Below are positions 23,284 to 25,416 of a DNA stretch of 25,416 nt, piece by piece. Under the pieces are notes generated by a model. The model did not search any database and was not told where the DNA came from. It saw nothing but the letters and a program-made list of their open reading frames with translations. Source of the DNA: a virus (lineage: Duplodnaviria > Caudoviricetes); the IMG/VR virus record IMGVR_UViG_3300030207_001989, positions 1-25,416 of that record; one strand, written 5' to 3'. The translations under genes and the position numbers were made by a program. Positions within the stretch are counted from its first letter, which is position 1. Each line of letters opens with the position of its first letter.

Positions 23284-23407
23284 GTGAGAAAACAACACCT
23301 CAGCACAGTAGGGCAGGGTGAGAAAACAAGTCTCAGCTCAACCTAACCGCTAGGTGAGTTTTTTAGCCCTACTACGCAACGCTCAGGTGAGAAAACAGGG
23401 TGCTCAG
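23284..23407 (+). repeat. Three iteron-like direct repeats GTGAGAAAACA-N3-5-CTCAG
   Basis: Copies start at 23284, 23318 and 23387, followed by an AT-rich tract at about 23520-23700. Confidence 0.75.
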
Positions 23408-23764
23408 TGGGGCTTAACTGAGGTTGGTTCGAAAGCTTTAAAGCTCATCCTCCAAACCGGAACCAGTTCGGGTTCAGTAGAGCGAACTGTGTTCGTGAAA
23501 AGAAAGTAGAGTAAGTAGTTCTCAGTCTATATTATATTATGCTCTATAAAGAATGCTCTACTACGCAAAGCTATACTGAGTAAATTAAGCTTTACTTAGT
23601 TAAGCTCTACTATGCTCTTTACTTACAGCAATAATTAGCATAATAGAGCTATATCTTAATATAGTTAATATAGGGAATACGAACTATATATAGTTTTGCA
23701 TGAAAAAGCACCCCGTTTTTTGTCTCAGTATAGAAATCGTGCGGGGCTCTCAGTCCAACAAGGG

Positions 23765-23799
23765 AAACCTTTATAAAGGGCGTCTACGATGTAGATTTG
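23765..23799 (+). promoter_or_regulatory. TATA promoter of the next operon
   Basis: AAACCTTTATAAAG, 23 nt before ATG 23800; lacks the ATTGGTA element. Confidence 0.65.
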
Positions 23800-24057
23800 A
23801 TGACTATGACCGACATCGACACATTAGCAATACAACTAAAAAGCATGACTGCCAAACAGTTACAACAACTGTTAAGTGCAACCTCGAACCGAGACGGCTC
23901 TGAAGTGAGAGCTCGTAAGATAAGAGCTACTGAGAAGTATTTCAAACACGCTCCGAAACCACATCAGTGTCTCACCTTCGAGAACTACCGTGATACAGTT
24001 AACTACATACACGAGATAGGTGTAGACAAATGGTTAACTAAGAGAGGTTCACTATGA
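23800..24057 (+). CDS. Hypothetical protein (85 aa)
   Basis: Leaderless ATG 23800 is preferred over TTG 23797; ATGA-coupled to the next gene. Confidence 0.7.
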   Translation: MTMTDIDTLAIQLKSMTAKQLQQLLSATSNRDGSEVRARKIRATEKYFKHAPKPHQCLTFENYRDTVNYIHEIGVDKWLTKRGSL

Positions 24058-24404
24058 ACGTAGCAACCTTAAACAAGTTTAATAACTACATGACTCAGCA
24101 TACCGACAAAGTTCCTTTGTTGAGTGTGCAGTCAATTGACGATAAACGTTTCAACGTGCTGAGAGATTTTTTATCTCAGTGCTTCGATGATGTAGAAGAC
24201 AATGCTTGGTCAGTCAGTATGAACTTAGGAAAGTTCGTCGACTCTCTCAGCACAATGGAACAATCAGACAAAGATGCTTTGTCTCGCTTAGTATCTAAAT
24301 ACGAAGTAAAAGGCACCAGCAGTGGTGTCTCAGGTGAGGGGACATATGGTTACGACCGCAGTAGGGTTGACCGTAGTCTCATCAGACGCAGGAGGGCCAA
24401 CTGA
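24054..24404 (+). CDS. Hypothetical protein (116 aa)
   Basis: GAGGT SD; overlaps its neighbours at both ends. Confidence 0.75.
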   Translation: MNVATLNKFNNYMTQHTDKVPLLSVQSIDDKRFNVLRDFLSQCFDDVEDNAWSVSMNLGKFVDSLSTMEQSDKDALSRLVSKYEVKGTSSGVSGEGTYGYDRSRVDRSLIRRRRAN

Positions 24405-24541
24405 TGACAGTAATAGCATGTGCTGATTGTGATACTGTTTTAGTTGAGGTGCCTATGGGTATAGACTCAGATAGTATAGACTTAGATAAATATGATTGTC
24501 CTAATTGTTCAGTCCGAGACGATATCACAGGTGAACTGTGA
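24404..24541 (+). CDS. C4 Zn-ribbon microprotein (45 aa)
   Basis: MTVIACADCDTVLVEVPMGIDSDSIDLDKYDCPNCSVRDDITGEL; GGAGG SD; TGATG and GTGA overlaps. Confidence 0.7.
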   Translation: MTVIACADCDTVLVEVPMGIDSDSIDLDKYDCPNCSVRDDITGEL

Positions 24542-25416
24542 AAACAATAGGGGTATACGATAGCGAAACCATGACACTAAAAAGATATACTGAGGATGAT
24601 ACCGGAAAGCTTATAAAGGCTACCGACCATGAGGATTCAAAGGAAATTGACCCTCACTTCAAAGATGAGGTAAGGAGCATAGTAAAAACAATGGAAAAGA
24701 CCGACATACATGGAGGACTCGACGACTTAATGTCCGGCAGTCCCATGCCAGATGAGGAACCTACCCCCAAAGAAGTGGTAGAAAAAGAGACAGTTATGTC
24801 CAAACTGAGAGGCTCAGTCAATGTGCCCGAAGAGTTTAAGTTCGCTGATGACACGACTTTCTACACTATGTTGAGAAACATATTCCGTGGTAAGAACATT
24901 CTTATCACAGGCCCGTCAGGGTGTGGTAAGTCTAGTCTCGGTAAGATACTAGCCGAGATTACATCAAAAGAGTTTTACTCTTTCAACTTCGGTGACACTA
25001 TGAATCCCTCAGCTAAATTGCTGGGTGATACAAAGTATGACAAAGAATCAGGAACATGGTTCAAGCCCTCTCGGTTTGTGAATGCAATACAGTCTGATTC
25101 ATTCATTATGCTGGATGAGGTTACTCGTGACCGAACAGGTGACCTAGCTAACATTCTCATGCCGGTATTGGATGGTCAGAAGTATTTGGCCCTTGATGAG
25201 TCTGAGGATGCTGACAGCGTCTCAGTCCACAAAGGTGCCTTCTTCTACGCTACGGCTAACATCGGCCGAGAGTATCTCGGTGCGTCTCATGACTTAGACC
25301 GTGCATGGAAAGATAGATTTACCGGAGGTATATACGAACTAGAGTATCTCCCTCCACAGAAAGAGAAAGAACTATTACAGAATCGTAACCCTCAGCTTGA
25401 TGACTACAACGCCGAT
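24538..25416 (+). CDS. MoxR/CobS-like AAA+ ATPase, truncated by the window edge
   Basis: Not in the track. GTG 24538 (AGGTGA SD); 'NILITGPSGCGKS' Walker A, 'IMLDEV' Walker B, 'ATAN' sensor I and 'LDRAWKDRF' arginine finger. Confidence 0.9.
   Translation, partial: MKTIGVYDSETMTLKRYTEDDTGKLIKATDHEDSKEIDPHFKDEVRSIVKTMEKTDIHGGLDDLMSGSPMPDEEPTPKEVVEKETVMSKLRGSVNVPEEFKFADDTTFYTMLRNIFRGKNILITGPSGCGKSSLGKILAEITSKEFYSFNFGDTMNPSAKLLGDTKYDKESGTWFKPSRFVNAIQSDSFIMLDEVTRDRTGDLANILMPVLDGQKYLALDESEDADSVSVHKGAFFYATANIGREYLGASHDLDRAWKDRFTGGIYELEYLPPQKEKELLQNRNPQLDDYNAD

Noticed and set aside
24604-24620. AAAGCTTATAAAG as a promoter for a shorter ATPase starting at 24691
   Set aside because: The frame is open from GTG 24538, which has an SD and a GTGA overlap. 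The TATA-like match may be coincidental within coding sequence, though an internal promoter cannot be excluded.

Overview
Part of a tailed dsDNA (Caudoviricetes) virus genome, most likely infecting an archaeon. The evidence is TATA-box promoters with purine-rich BRE-like upstream tracts, many leaderless genes, and GGTGA/GAGGT ribosome-binding sites. The low GC and gene content suggest a marine Poseidoniales 'magrovirus'-type virus, which is an inference only. Positions 1-18554 are a minus-strand block. In transcription order it encodes a MazG/DUF1599-like protein, a Cas4-like Fe-S nuclease, membrane proteins, a chain of tiny very basic proteins, TerS, TerL, portal, protease-scaffold, decoration protein, major capsid protein, a 2340-aa fibre and two more virion proteins. 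From about 18870 transcription is on the plus strand. A ~4.4-kb module carries about 17 small or micro-ORFs (several C4 Zn-finger or Cys-rich) behind about 10 copies of one promoter design (TTTATATAG-N~8-ATTGGTA). The module is cut into 0.7-1-kb cassettes by five copies of a 21-bp palindrome (TTTTCCACnCGkGTGrAAAA). Three cassettes end in unrelated ~300-nt ORF-free, heavily base-paired, partly pseudoknotted segments, which are candidate novel ncRNAs; one has its own promoter. Two repeat-rich, AT-rich non-coding regions bracket the module, and a MoxR/CobS-type AAA+ ATPase follows. This cassette, ncRNA and microprotein module is the best candidate for an undescribed system. All pairings and counts were read by eye and need computational confirmation.
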